DNA from: Sphaerochaetaceae bacterium
GTDB lineage: Bacteria; Spirochaetota; Spirochaetia; Sphaerochaetales; Sphaerochaetaceae
Direction: 5' to 3'
NCBI GenBank assembly: GCA_016938475.1
Contig: JAFGUP010000029.1
Coordinates: 379 to 64,378 of the forward strand
Length of the DNA stretch: 64,000 bases
Shown: piece after piece, positions 48,778-58,716 of the stretch
Numbering within the stretch: the first letter of the stretch is position 1
Layout of the letters: each line of letters opens with the position of its first letter
Program-made: the position numbers and the translations under genes
Notes under the pieces: generated by a model
Databases searched by the model: none
What the model saw: only the letters and a program-made list of their open reading frames with translations
What the model was told of the DNA's origin: nothing

Positions 48778-49230
48778 ATGGAAGAATTGCTTCAAAACCG
48801 TCCGTTGCTCAGTGCGATACTTGCTGCGTTTATCGCTCAGTTTGTGAAACCGTTTCTCCTGTATCCGGTGGAAAAGAAGTTTGATCCCACCCTGTTCATT
48901 TCGACCGGAGGAATGCCTTCTTCCCATACAGCTTCGGTTGTTGCTCTGTGTACAAGTATATTCATACTTGAAGGGTGGCAGAATTACTACTTCGCAATCT
49001 CTCTTACCTTTGCAGCAATCGTCATTCATGATGCTATGGGCATCAGGAGAGAGGCCGGTAAACAGGCTCAGATCATCAATGACTGGAGCAAGCTCTTCGC
49101 TACAATACATGAAGAGGGTCAGTTCACCCCCGAGAACCTCAAAACGATGCTCGGCCACTCGTTCAACCAGGTCTTCGGCGGCTTAAGCCTGGGACTTCTG
49201 ATCGGTATCATCGTCACCATCATTCTTTGA
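48778..49230 (+). CDS. Divergent PAP2 / DUF212 family membrane protein
   Basis: GGMPSSHTASVVAL and HDAMGIRREAG motifs. Confidence 0.75.
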   Translation: MEELLQNRPLLSAILAAFIAQFVKPFLLYPVEKKFDPTLFISTGGMPSSHTASVVALCTSIFILEGWQNYYFAISLTFAAIVIHDAMGIRREAGKQAQIINDWSKLFATIHEEGQFTPENLKTMLGHSFNQVFGGLSLGLLIGIIVTIIL

Positions 49231-49249
49231 CGTGAATTATTGCATAATT

Positions 49250-49278
49250 ATTGACTTCTTATGTATAAATATTTACAA
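49250..49278 (+). promoter_or_regulatory. Sigma70-like promoter for the amino-acid ABC transporter operon
   Basis: TTGACT, 17-nt spacer, TACAAT. Preceded by the tandem repeat AATTATTG-N3-AATTATTG. Confidence 0.45.
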
Positions 49279-49311
49279 TTGCCTCTATAATCATAATGCA
49301 TAGGAGTTAAT

Positions 49312-50109
49312 ATGAAAAAAATCATTGTTGCTGCATTGGTACTCGTGGTCGCACTGTTCTCGATAACAGCAGGAGGTTCACAGGAGCAGGAAGCACCTGT
49401 ATCAGAACTCAACCTCATGAATGATGGCACACTGGCCGTCGGTGTCGAGATCGGCTATCCTCCTTTTGAAGATTTTGCAAATGACGGTGTGACACCTATC
49501 GGATACGACATAGACTTCGCGAAGGCACTAGGTGAGAAACTCGGTGTTGAAGTTGTGTTCATCAATACTGCGTGGGACGGAATCTTTCAGGGGATCGGAG
49601 TCAATTATGACGTTGTTATCTCAGCTGTGACCATCACAGAAGAAAGAAAGGAGTCGATGGATTTCTCAGACCCCTATATCGATAACTATCAGGCAGTCGT
49701 TGTGCGTGCCGATTCCGATCTTGAAGTAGATGGATTCCTCGATCTTGATGGTCTTGCTCTCGCAGTCCAGAAAGAGACGACCTCCGATATTCTCATCTCC
49801 GATTATATCTCTACCGGTTCTCTGAACTGTACTCTTGCTCAAAATGAAAAGGTCATCACCTGTTTCACCCAGCTTGACAACAACGAGATCGATGCTGTTG
49901 TGGTTGACTCGACTGTTGCTGACGGTCAGGTCGGGAAGTACCCTGACAAGTACAAGACCGTCTACCTCGACAAGAGTGAAGCGGAGCAGTTCGGAGTTGC
50001 AGTCACGAAAGGCAATACCGCACTGGTGGAAGCAATCAACGAAGCTATCGCAGAACTGAAGGAAGAAGGTTTCTTCAAAGAGAGCATCGCCTACTGGTTC
50101 GGTGCATAA
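49312..50109 (+). CDS. Amino-acid ABC transporter substrate-binding protein (family 3)
   Basis: Signal peptide, GYPPFE and GYDIDFAKALG motifs. Confidence 0.85.
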   Translation: MKKIIVAALVLVVALFSITAGGSQEQEAPVSELNLMNDGTLAVGVEIGYPPFEDFANDGVTPIGYDIDFAKALGEKLGVEVVFINTAWDGIFQGIGVNYDVVISAVTITEERKESMDFSDPYIDNYQAVVVRADSDLEVDGFLDLDGLALAVQKETTSDILISDYISTGSLNCTLAQNEKVITCFTQLDNNEIDAVVVDSTVADGQVGKYPDKYKTVYLDKSEAEQFGVAVTKGNTALVEAINEAIAELKEEGFFKESIAYWFGA

Positions 50110-50122
50110 AATCAGGATCCAC

Positions 50123-51166
50123 ATGAAGAATTTCCTACAGAAACTTATACACGTCAGAGAATGGGATCAATCTTCAAAAACAGCTGCCATACTTTTTATG
50201 GCAGTTGTTCTTGTGTACATTGCCCTGTCATTCATCAATATTTCCGAAAGCGAGATGATGGAGAATGCCTCCGTTACCGTCAAGGAGATGATCGAGGCTG
50301 AAAAGGACAGTTCCAGAAAACGTCTTACGATCACATATAACGATTTCAAGGCTATCAGATACCTTTCCTTCTCGACCGGAGGGGCAAATGCCTTTCATGA
50401 AGCATACATTGGTTTCGCAGGAACGGTCTTCCAGGCTGATGAAGGGTTCGGAAAGTTCACCGGTCAGATGGTCAACTATACCTACAGGATGCTCGGTATC
50501 GGGCAGAACCTCCTGCACGGTGTCAAACTCACCCTTCTTCTCACCACCTCTTCGATTCTCATCGGGTTCATCTTCAGTGTCTTTCTTGCACTGGGTAAGA
50601 TCTCGACAAACAAGATCATCAGCAAGGTAAGTAGCGCCTACGTTTTTTTCTTTCGCGGCACTCCCCTGTTGATACAGCTTTTTGTCGTCTATTTTTCCAT
50701 ACCCGGGATCTTCGGATTTTCCTGGAGAGGTCTGTTCGATCTTGGGGACCCCCAGGCTGTATATAAGGGGGCGTTTGTTGCTGCCCTAATAGCTTTCTCA
50801 CTGAACTCGGCAGCCTATTGTGCCGAAATAGTACGTGCAGCTATACAGTCTATCGACAAGGGGCAGCATGAAGCGGCAAAGGCTCTGGGACTTGGATATG
50901 CTCAGACCATGAGACATATCATCATCCCTCAGGCTACTCGTCGTATGATTCCGCCTCTTTCAAATGAATTCATCATGATGATAAAGGATGTCTCCCTTGT
51001 CTTTGCTATCTCGCTGATGGATATCACCACAATTTCAAAGACCATCATGACCAGTGAGGGAAATTACCTGGTGTTCCTTCCCGCCCTTGTCATCTACCTC
51101 ATCGTAACCGGAATCTTCACCTGGTTGTTCGGAAAGATGGAAGAGAGGTTATCGATATATGAATAA
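50123..51166 (+). CDS. Amino-acid ABC transporter permease with N-terminal extension
   Basis: HisM/GlnP-type core ([21 protein letters not shown]....IIIPQA) preceded by about 130 extra residues. Confidence 0.85.
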   Translation: MKNFLQKLIHVREWDQSSKTAAILFMAVVLVYIALSFINISESEMMENASVTVKEMIEAEKDSSRKRLTITYNDFKAIRYLSFSTGGANAFHEAYIGFAGTVFQADEGFGKFTGQMVNYTYRMLGIGQNLLHGVKLTLLLTTSSILIGFIFSVFLALGKISTNKIISKVSSAYVFFFRGTPLLIQLFVVYFSIPGIFGFSWRGLFDLGDPQAVYKGAFVAALIAFSLNSAAYCAEIVRAAIQSIDKGQHEAAKALGLGYAQTMRHIIIPQATRRMIPPLSNEFIMMIKDVSLVFAISLMDITTISKTIMTSEGNYLVFLPALVIYLIVTGIFTWLFGKMEERLSIYE

Positions 51167-51947
51167 TACACAGACACCACATGAATATGAATACCTCATA
51201 CGAACCGAGAAACTTTGTAAATCCTTCGGACATCTTGAAGTCCTCAAGGATGTCGACCTTGCGGTGAAAAAAGGTGAAGTAATCGTTATAATCGGGCCTT
51301 CCGGCGCTGGAAAGTCCACCTATTTACGTTCACTCAACCACCTTGAACAGATTACCAGTGGAAGGATCTTTGTTGAGGATGAGCTCTTCCTTGACAGGAA
51401 ACACAACCATACCGTTCACCGTGTTCCTGCTGACAAACAGAAGGCGCTCTTACTTGAAATGGGTATGGTCTTTCAGCGGTTCAACCTCTTTCCACATAAG
51501 ACGGTCCTTGAGAACCTGATCCTTGCTCCTATCCTGATTCGCAGGAAATCACGGGCAGAGGCGGTAGAATCGGCAACGAGGCTTATCGAGAGAGTCGGCC
51601 TGTCTGATAAGATCGATGTATATCCAAGTAAACTATCGGGCGGACAGCAGCAGCGAGTAGCTATAGCTCGCGCCCTCGCTATGGAACCGGAGATCATGCT
51701 TTTCGATGAACCGACCAGTGCCCTCGACCCTGAACTCGTTGGAGAGGTGCTTGCCGTTATGAAGAGTCTTGCAAAACAGGGTATGACGATGCTCTGCGTG
51801 ACCCATGAGATGGGGTTTGCCAAGGAAGTGGCCGATCGTGTCGTGTTCATGGCAGATGGTCTGATCATGGAAGAAGGTAGTCCGAAAGAGATCTTTGAAC
51901 ATCCGAAACATGAAAAACTGAAGAATTTTCTGAAGAACGTCCTGTAG
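51159..51947 (+). CDS. Amino-acid ABC transporter ATP-binding protein
   Basis: [24 protein letters not shown] and [11 protein letters not shown] motifs. Confidence 0.93.
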   Translation: MNNTQTPHEYEYLIRTEKLCKSFGHLEVLKDVDLAVKKGEVIVIIGPSGAGKSTYLRSLNHLEQITSGRIFVEDELFLDRKHNHTVHRVPADKQKALLLEMGMVFQRFNLFPHKTVLENLILAPILIRRKSRAEAVESATRLIERVGLSDKIDVYPSKLSGGQQQRVAIARALAMEPEIMLFDEPTSALDPELVGEVLAVMKSLAKQGMTMLCVTHEMGFAKEVADRVVFMADGLIMEEGSPKEIFEHPKHEKLKNFLKNVL

Positions 51948-52065
51948 TTTATCCCGAGGATGGTGACCAGTCAAAATTTCATGAGACTGTTTAACGATTT
52001 ACATAGATTGTTTAGGTATGGGAAAACCTCCATGAATATCAAAACGAAATGTGAATAGATGTTGA

Positions 52066-52075
52066 ATACACACTA
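52066..52075 (+). repeat. Left copy of the 10-bp direct repeat ATACACACTA
   Basis: Exact match to 53390-53399. Together they bracket the pseudogene islet. Confidence 0.4.
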
Positions 52076-52422
52076 ATCAATTTCTATCGAGGCGAGCTTG
52101 GCTTTTTCAACCGGTTTCCCATCGCTGATCCTGCTGTACCCTCCAAACCATTCTTTGGTGCGAGCCTTGATACATTCATGATCGGTCACGGGAAATCCGG
52201 ATGCATCCCCACGAAGCAGTCTATGTCACACATTGGACATACAAGCATCTTACCCTTGGGACTGGTTTCCTCCCACTATTCGAAATCGTCTTTTTTGTGT
52301 GGATCACACTGATAGCCACAGTAGAAACAGGTACAGACAGTGCTGGCCAGGATATCTTTCTTACAGAAGAAGGTCACCTTCTGAGCCTGTTCGATGAGAT
52401 CAGGTAAATACGTTCCTTTCAT
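52073..52422 (-). pseudogene. Disrupted Cys-rich (CxxC...CxxC) small protein gene
   Basis: AGGAGA RBS plus ATG at 52422, giving MKGTYLPDL...CFYCGYQCDPHKKDDFE. An in-frame TAG follows, then WEETSPKGKMLVCPMCDIDCFVGMHPDFP. A 1-nt frameshift follows, then VTDHECIKARTKEWFGGY...IEID-TAG. Confidence 0.55.
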
Positions 52423-52700
52423 GCTAATTCTCTCCTGTATGGTGTTATCGACTAACCACACCCCAAAGAGATTCCTAGTATGGGTTCATTCAAGGTTAAA
52501 GAGATACCAATATCCTTTCATGACATCCAATGAAAATACGGAGGAGAGAAATCCGATGTGATATGGTGTACTAGCGATCAATTCAAGTATTTCGCCTCTT
52601 GTATTCCCTGTATCATCATCACTTCCAGGTAAATTATTTTCGTTATCAAGCTAGTGTCAATAGAAGTTCGCAATTTTGTTTCGTTGTGAGATACCCTAGT

Positions 52701-53138
52701 ATGGAGCTTCTCATGACCTCTTTCAACTACCACCAAATTGCAACTATTATTGTACTTTATCAAGAGATCTCTTCAAAAGCTGTCCTGACGTATCATGTGT
52801 CGGCATTTCTTCTTGCATGCGGCTTAATAAAGACAATCATCACTATGATGGCGGTACACAAACTGATCCTCTATTCTTTCTACGTGCTCAAGGAGCTGGC
52901 TATCGCCCCCCCTCTTTGTGTTGCCCGGTACATTTTGCCTGCTGAGATTAGCAAGAGGTTTCGTCTGGAACTGGTGAAGTCTTCAGTGTCTGTGGGGAAA
53001 TCGGCCGAGTGCAGCTCGGATTTGGCACGCAGAGCGGACCAGCACATCATCACCCGCAAGAACGTGCAGTGGCTTATCGAGGAGGGCGCCCTCCCCTGAG
53101 ACTTCGACATGGTGGTGGTAGATGAGTGACTGAGTTCC
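52701..53138 (+). pseudogene. Remnant of a phage-type SNF2/DEAD-like helicase (N-terminal third only, with in-frame stops)
   Basis: FNYHQ (degenerate PYQ), ACGLIKTIITMMAV (decayed GLGKT Walker A), LAIAPPLCVAR, ADQHIITRKNVQWL. A TGA follows, then DFDMVVVDE, a second TGA, then LSS. Motif order matches prophage SNF2 helicases. No downstream helicase motifs remain. Confidence 0.5.
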
Positions 53139-53389
53139 GGTTCCCAACGAGTCCAGGAGCCTTCACAAGAGTGTTCACTGTCAGGAGGAGCGAGATTCGA
53201 TAAAGTATTCGAAAGGATTAGAGTGTTACATAGTGCGTAGAGTGGTCGAGAATGGAACAAAAAAAATCTACCGGGTTTCCACAGACGAACTGACACTGTC
53301 AAACCGGAGTCCCGGAGAGCAACTCGCTTCTTCTCCTGGTTAACAGGTCACTGGTGTATCCCTATCGGTAGTTTTACTCATTTTAGTAG

Positions 53390-53399
53390 ATACACACTA
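53390..53399 (+). repeat. Right copy of the 10-bp direct repeat ATACACACTA
   Basis: Exact match to 52066-52075. Confidence 0.4.
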
Positions 53400-53435
53400 T
53401 TGTACTCCTTCCTTGATTCGGGTATCCATAGGGCT

Positions 53436-54110
53436 ATGAAACAGATAACAGCATGGATTGATAACACTATCACCCTGAAAGACAACGTATCGGGTCGCGA
53501 AGAGAGAGCGAACACGGTCACTCATCTGATCGCTTCTGTGGCGGCACTGGGCTATCTCATCTTCGTCATCATAAACGGACAAAGGTTTCCCACAACCAAG
53601 GTGTATGGCAGCATGATACTGTTCAGTCTCACGCAGCTGCTCCTCTTCTCATCAAGCACGTTCTACCATTGGGCACATGGCGGCACCCTCAAGCGGGTAG
53701 GACGGATCCTGGATCACCTCAACATCTATCTTCTCATATGGGGAACCTATATACCGATTCTGATGTATACCGCGTCATCCTGGGCTTCCCTGCTGTTCGG
53801 TTTCCTTACTTTTTTTCTTGTTATGGGAAGTACGTTCACCATCGTCTTCTGGGGAAGGATGAAGGCTCTTCATGTAGTTCTGTATCTCCTGATGGGCTGG
53901 TCGATCACACTGGTGTGGAATGACGTGGTGGTGGTCCTTCCCCCCGTACTCTTTGTCTTTGTTATAGGCGGCGGTGTGACCTATACCCTCGGGGTTATCT
54001 TCTATGCGATAAAACGCCTTCCCTTCGCTCACGCCGTGTGGCACGTCTTCTGCTTACTCGCCTCTGCTCTTTTTTCGACCGGCTTCCTCATCACGTTCCT
54101 CACACCCTGA
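53436..54110 (+). CDS. Hemolysin III / PAQR family membrane protein
   Basis: Seven TM segments with ANTVTHL, FSSSTFYH and LDHLNIY motifs. Confidence 0.85.
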   Translation: MKQITAWIDNTITLKDNVSGREERANTVTHLIASVAALGYLIFVIINGQRFPTTKVYGSMILFSLTQLLLFSSSTFYHWAHGGTLKRVGRILDHLNIYLLIWGTYIPILMYTASSWASLLFGFLTFFLVMGSTFTIVFWGRMKALHVVLYLLMGWSITLVWNDVVVVLPPVLFVFVIGGGVTYTLGVIFYAIKRLPFAHAVWHVFCLLASALFSTGFLITFLTP

Positions 54111-54151
54111 ACCTAGTGGACAGATACTACAAACTCAGCTAAGGTAACCAC

Positions 54152-54925
54152 ATGGGCAAGACACGTGAGAAGGTATCGTTTGATGCATATTACAGGAAGA
54201 TATACGAAGATCGATGGGAAGGACTTCAGAATGCTCTTCTTTCGGACCCGCAGCAGATCCCACTGGATGATAGAGATTCCCCCTACTATCTTGATGAAGC
54301 AAGTGTTATTGCAGCCCAGGCTCTGCCGGTTTCCCCTGGCAGTGCCGTTCTTGACATGTGTGCCGCACCTGGAGGCAAGTCCCTCATTCTCAGCAGGAAT
54401 CTTGGAGCTACAGGAACACTCGTATGCAATGACAGATCATCACAGAGACGTGCCCGGCTTCACCGGGTGCTCGATCAATACACACCGGTCGAGGTGCGCA
54501 GCAGGATACGAATCACCAGTCATGATGCAAGCAGGTGGGCACTGTACGAAACCGACCAGTATGATTCCATCCTCCTCGATGCACCGTGTTCCTCAGAACG
54601 ACATGTCCTGCGAGATCCCTCGGCCATAGCAGCCTGGAGCGTCAGTCGTACCAGGAACCTCCAGAGCATTCAGTTTGCCATGCTCGCATCAGCTCTTGAG
54701 GCCGTCAAGATCGGTGGCCATATTCTCTACAGCACCTGCAGTATCAACCCTCATGAGAATCAGGATGTTGCACACAGACTGGAAAAGAAACGCTCCGGTC
54801 GATATCGATTCGTCGACACAGAACTTCTTCGCGGAGAGTATTGCGATCCCGGTGTCCTCATTCTCCCGGACTCTGAGGAGAATATAGGACCGATCTACTA
54901 CGTACTGATTCAAAGGACGGCCTGA
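54152..54925 (+). CDS. RsmB/RsmF/NOP2-family RNA m5C methyltransferase (catalytic domain only)
   Basis: DMCAAPGGKS, LLDAPCSSERH and YSTCS motifs. Confidence 0.8.
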   Translation: MGKTREKVSFDAYYRKIYEDRWEGLQNALLSDPQQIPLDDRDSPYYLDEASVIAAQALPVSPGSAVLDMCAAPGGKSLILSRNLGATGTLVCNDRSSQRRARLHRVLDQYTPVEVRSRIRITSHDASRWALYETDQYDSILLDAPCSSERHVLRDPSAIAAWSVSRTRNLQSIQFAMLASALEAVKIGGHILYSTCSINPHENQDVAHRLEKKRSGRYRFVDTELLRGEYCDPGVLILPDSEENIGPIYYVLIQRTA

Positions 54926-54928
54926 ACT

Positions 54929-56065
54929 ATGCAGAGACCAGTAGTAGCGATTACACGGTGCAGCACCTATGAACAGGCTCCTCTCCTGAAGGCCTTGAAC
55001 CTTGTCATAGGGGCTTCAGACTTCCCCGAGGTCAAAGGAAAGAGTGTCCTTCTTAAACCTAACATCCTCTCTGATGCTCCGGTAGGAAAGGCCATCACCA
55101 CCCATCCGGAATTCCTGAGAGCGGTCATCAGTATCCTGTTTGACAGAGGTGCAAAAACGATCTATGTTGGTGATTCACCGGGCCTTCATGGCAACCACTT
55201 CACTCCTCTCAAGTCGGGCATTGACGCTGTCTGCCGGGAAACGGGAGCACAGTGGGTGAACTTCGCACACGAACCCGTCAGCAGAAAGATACCATTCACC
55301 TATGGTCGCCACCTTCCCTTCCCTTCGATTCTCGACGAGGTGGACCTCCTGTTCTCACTTGCAAAGATGAAGTCTCACCAGCTTATGTACTTCACCGGCG
55401 CTGTGAAGAACATGTTCGGCCTTGTTCCTGGATTGCACAAGAGTGCCAGTCACATGCGCTACCCTACCGTCGAGTCCTTCTCACGCCTCATCGCCGGCCT
55501 GTATGCTGCCGCTCCTCCGGATTTCTCCTTCATCGACGGGATCGTCGCCATGGAAGGTGCCGGACCTGCCAACGGAGATATCAGGTATGCAGGACTTGTC
55601 ATGGCATCCAAGGATGCCGCCACCCTCGATATGTCGATGGCGGCAATCATGGGGTACGACATCGAACAGATGCCGTTACTCAGGGAGCTTTCCAGGAAAA
55701 GACTGACAAAGGCTTCTACTCTTGAGGACATCTCCTTTTCGCTCCTTGATGCACATGACCTGGTCATCAGTGACTTCAAAAGGATACCCCAGCAACAGAA
55801 AATCCGGATGCTGAGAACTCTGATCGGACCGCTGTTCACCCGTCGATTCAAGTTCCATATCGCACAGAACAAACCAAAACCGCTGTTTGATAACGAAGCA
55901 TGCATTTCCTGTGGCAAATGTATTGCAATCTGCCCCGGTAACGCGTTACAGTTTGATGCTGAAAAACACATACAAGCCGACTACTCAGCGTGTATCAGAT
56001 GTTACTGCTGTGCAGAGGTATGTCCTGCAGACGCTATTCATATCGAACATCAGGGAGAGCAATAA
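54929..56065 (+). CDS. DUF362 domain protein with C-terminal 2x[4Fe-4S] ferredoxin domain
   Basis: VLLKPN and DSPG DUF362 features. CISCGKCIAICP and CIRCYCCAEVCP cluster motifs. Confidence 0.75.
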   Translation: MQRPVVAITRCSTYEQAPLLKALNLVIGASDFPEVKGKSVLLKPNILSDAPVGKAITTHPEFLRAVISILFDRGAKTIYVGDSPGLHGNHFTPLKSGIDAVCRETGAQWVNFAHEPVSRKIPFTYGRHLPFPSILDEVDLLFSLAKMKSHQLMYFTGAVKNMFGLVPGLHKSASHMRYPTVESFSRLIAGLYAAAPPDFSFIDGIVAMEGAGPANGDIRYAGLVMASKDAATLDMSMAAIMGYDIEQMPLLRELSRKRLTKASTLEDISFSLLDAHDLVISDFKRIPQQQKIRMLRTLIGPLFTRRFKFHIAQNKPKPLFDNEACISCGKCIAICPGNALQFDAEKHIQADYSACIRCYCCAEVCPADAIHIEHQGEQ

Positions 56066-56548
56066 ATGAACGTACCGGATATTCTGATGACAATTTTTCT
56101 CGGCATAGCCCCGATAAGCGAACTTAGGGGAGCTCTCCCGTATGCCTATTTCAATGGACTCTCACTCCCAATGGCCGCCGCACTTGCAGTCTCTGCCAAC
56201 CTGCTGGTCTATCCACTGCTGTCTCTCTTTCTCACCTTCTTCCATGATTTCTTCTATTCGAGATTTGACTTCTATACAGTCCTGTTCGACCGTTCTGTCA
56301 TTTCGACGAGGAAGAAGATCGAGCACAAAATCGCACGGTACGGATACATCGGACTGACTCTTTTTGTCGCGATTCCTCTGCCGATAACCGGAGCCTACAC
56401 CGGTACCCTCGGTTCGTGGCTGTTCGGCATGAACCGCCGCAAGGCCTTTTTTGCTGTCTCCCTCGGTGTCTTCCTATCAGCGACAATCGTCTCCCTCATT
56501 CTTCTTGCGGGGGAAGGAACCTACTCGATATTCATCAAACATATCTGA
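56066..56548 (+). CDS. Small multidrug-export-like membrane protein (COG2426 family)
   Basis: ISELRGALP and PLPITGAYTG motifs, four TM segments. Its ATG directly follows the DUF362 stop. Confidence 0.65.
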   Translation: MNVPDILMTIFLGIAPISELRGALPYAYFNGLSLPMAAALAVSANLLVYPLLSLFLTFFHDFFYSRFDFYTVLFDRSVISTRKKIEHKIARYGYIGLTLFVAIPLPITGAYTGTLGSWLFGMNRRKAFFAVSLGVFLSATIVSLILLAGEGTYSIFIKHI

Positions 56549-56565
56549 CAGAAACAGGAGTCTCC

Positions 56566-58590
56566 ATGAGCATGCATCTACTGTCCTCACTTAATGAAAG
56601 CCAGAGAAGAAGCGTTGAACTGACCGAAGGTCCTCTTCTTATCATAGCAGGTGCAGGAAGTGGGAAAACCCGGATGATAACCCATCGAATAGCATATCTT
56701 ATGGAGAAGAACGTTGCTCCTCAGAAGATCCTTGCTCTGACCTTCACCAACAAGGCTGCCCGTGAGATGGGTGAGAGGATTGCAGAGCTGACAAAGGGAA
56801 AAAAGGGTGAATCACCTTTGACGTCTACGTTTCACTCCTTTGCGATGATGGTGCTCAAGAATACGATACACCTGCTGGGTTATACGAACAGGTTCACTAT
56901 CTATGATACCCAGGATTCTATCTCCCTCATGAAAGAGGTGATGAGAGAACACGATATCGATATCACAGTGATCGACGCACGGGATCTTCTCGATGTGTAC
57001 AGTCGATTTAGGCGTGGGCAGAAGGAAGCCGGGGGAGAATACATAGGACTGACCCGGGAACTGTGTGAATCCTATCAGGAACATAAGAAGGCATATAATG
57101 CTCTTGATTTCGACGATCTGATATATCTGCTTCTCGAGATCTTCACCACCCATGAAGAGGTGCTCGAACAGTATCGCAATCAGTTTCAGTACATCATGGT
57201 TGATGAGTTCCAGGACACCAGTCGGGAACAGTACCGTATTGTCCGCATGCTTGCACAGGAACATAGGAACCTTGCGGTGGTTGGTGATGATGATCAGTCG
57301 ATCTACTCCTGGAGAGGAGCAGACTACGGTAACATCATACAGTTTGAGAAAGACTTTCCTGAACGTACCGAGATATTCCTTGACCGGAACTATCGCTCGA
57401 CCGGAATGATTCTATCGGCAGCGAATCAGTTGATTCTCAACAACAGTGAACGCAAGAAAAAGAATCTGTGGACTCAGGAAGACCAGGGAACGGCGATCAC
57501 GCTTATTGAAAGTGAAGATAGCGAAAAGGAAGCGGCTGACATCGCAGAGAGGATCAGGCAGGACTCCTTCACCCACAACCGTCCCTACAGTGACTATGCT
57601 ATCCTTGTCAGGACGAACCATCTTCTCCCTACCCTTGAGACTCAACTGATGGATCGGCACATGAGCGTGAACGTCAGCGGCGGGATGAGTTTCTATGACA
57701 GAAGGGAGGTGAAGGATGTCATAGCCTATATCCGCATCCTTGTGAACAAAAATGATGATATCGCTCTTTTGAGGATTATCAACACCCCGAAGAGAAGAAT
57801 CGGGCTGTCAACTCTCAAGTATGTACGTTCAATAAAGGATGCTCACGAGGTTTCCTATTATGAAGCGATCCGTATCGTTGTAGAGAATCCTGCACATGAA
57901 AACTCCCGGCAGAAAGATGTCCTGAGCAGCTTCATGAACCTCATTGATCTCTATAGCCAGATGTTCATGGCCGAGCGTAATGGAAAACACAGGATCCTGT
58001 CACGCCTGCTTGATGAGATTCATTACCGCTCCTACCTTATCGGAGAGTATCCGGCGAATGAAAAGACAGCTCAGGCTAAATACATGTCTGCTGTCCAGTA
58101 CATCAAGTTCTTCCGCCAGTGGGAAGAGGAACATGGCGGTGATGAATCCATCTATGATTACCTGAGACGACTGACGCTCACCTCGAGTGAGAAGAGTGAC
58201 CGGGATGAGGGAACCTCTTCTATCAGTCTCATGACGATGCATGCATCGAAAGGACTGGAGTTTCACACCGTTTTTCTTGCAGGGATAGAAGACTCAATCA
58301 TTCCCCATCGAAGAAGCGTTGAAGAGAACGACGGGAATCTCGAGGAGGAACGACGTCTGTTCTATGTTGCAATAACCCGTGCACGTAAACATCTTTTCAT
58401 CAGTTATGCGAAGATGCGGAAAGTGCGTGGTGAACAGATCATCAGCAGCCCTTCCCGCTTTCTCTCGGAAATAGCGGATATGCATTTCGCTGCACCGGAA
58501 GAACCGAAGGAGATGACCAAGGAAGACCATATGGATCGCCTCAAGGCATTTTTACATGTTCTTGACGATAAAGAACGGAAAGAGGCATGA
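56566..58590 (+). CDS. UvrD/PcrA/Rep-family SF1 DNA helicase
   Basis: AGAGSGKT, MVDEFQDTS, VGDDDQSIYSWRGA, NYRS, TMHASKGLEF and RLFYVAITRA motifs. The ATG at 56566 is preceded by AGGAG. Confidence 0.93.
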   Translation: MSMHLLSSLNESQRRSVELTEGPLLIIAGAGSGKTRMITHRIAYLMEKNVAPQKILALTFTNKAAREMGERIAELTKGKKGESPLTSTFHSFAMMVLKNTIHLLGYTNRFTIYDTQDSISLMKEVMREHDIDITVIDARDLLDVYSRFRRGQKEAGGEYIGLTRELCESYQEHKKAYNALDFDDLIYLLLEIFTTHEEVLEQYRNQFQYIMVDEFQDTSREQYRIVRMLAQEHRNLAVVGDDDQSIYSWRGADYGNIIQFEKDFPERTEIFLDRNYRSTGMILSAANQLILNNSERKKKNLWTQEDQGTAITLIESEDSEKEAADIAERIRQDSFTHNRPYSDYAILVRTNHLLPTLETQLMDRHMSVNVSGGMSFYDRREVKDVIAYIRILVNKNDDIALLRIINTPKRRIGLSTLKYVRSIKDAHEVSYYEAIRIVVENPAHENSRQKDVLSSFMNLIDLYSQMFMAERNGKHRILSRLLDEIHYRSYLIGEYPANEKTAQAKYMSAVQYIKFFRQWEEEHGGDESIYDYLRRLTLTSSEKSDRDEGTSSISLMTMHASKGLEFHTVFLAGIEDSIIPHRRSVEENDGNLEEERRLFYVAITRARKHLFISYAKMRKVRGEQIISSPSRFLSEIADMHFAAPEEPKEMTKEDHMDRLKAFLHVLDDKERKEA

Positions 58591-58716
58591 GATACCTATA
58601 TGATTGTACTATCAATTCCATATCATTCCTATGCGAATAAGACATGGTACATATCGTGTAATTATATCACTTTCATGGTTGCATGAATCAGTGGAAACGT
58701 AACCTATAGGAGGACT

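Noticed and set aside
49233-49245. 13-mer GAATTATTGCATA shared with 59943-59955
   Set aside because: In an AT-rich context, several chance 13-mer matches are expected across a 64-kb window on both strands. There is no flanking similarity.
52276-52278. In-frame TAG in the Cys-rich gene as programmed recoding (for example pyrrolysine or read-through)
   Set aside because: A second independent lesion, a frameshift about 85 nt downstream, makes simple gene decay far more likely. I see no recoding-associated genes or structure.
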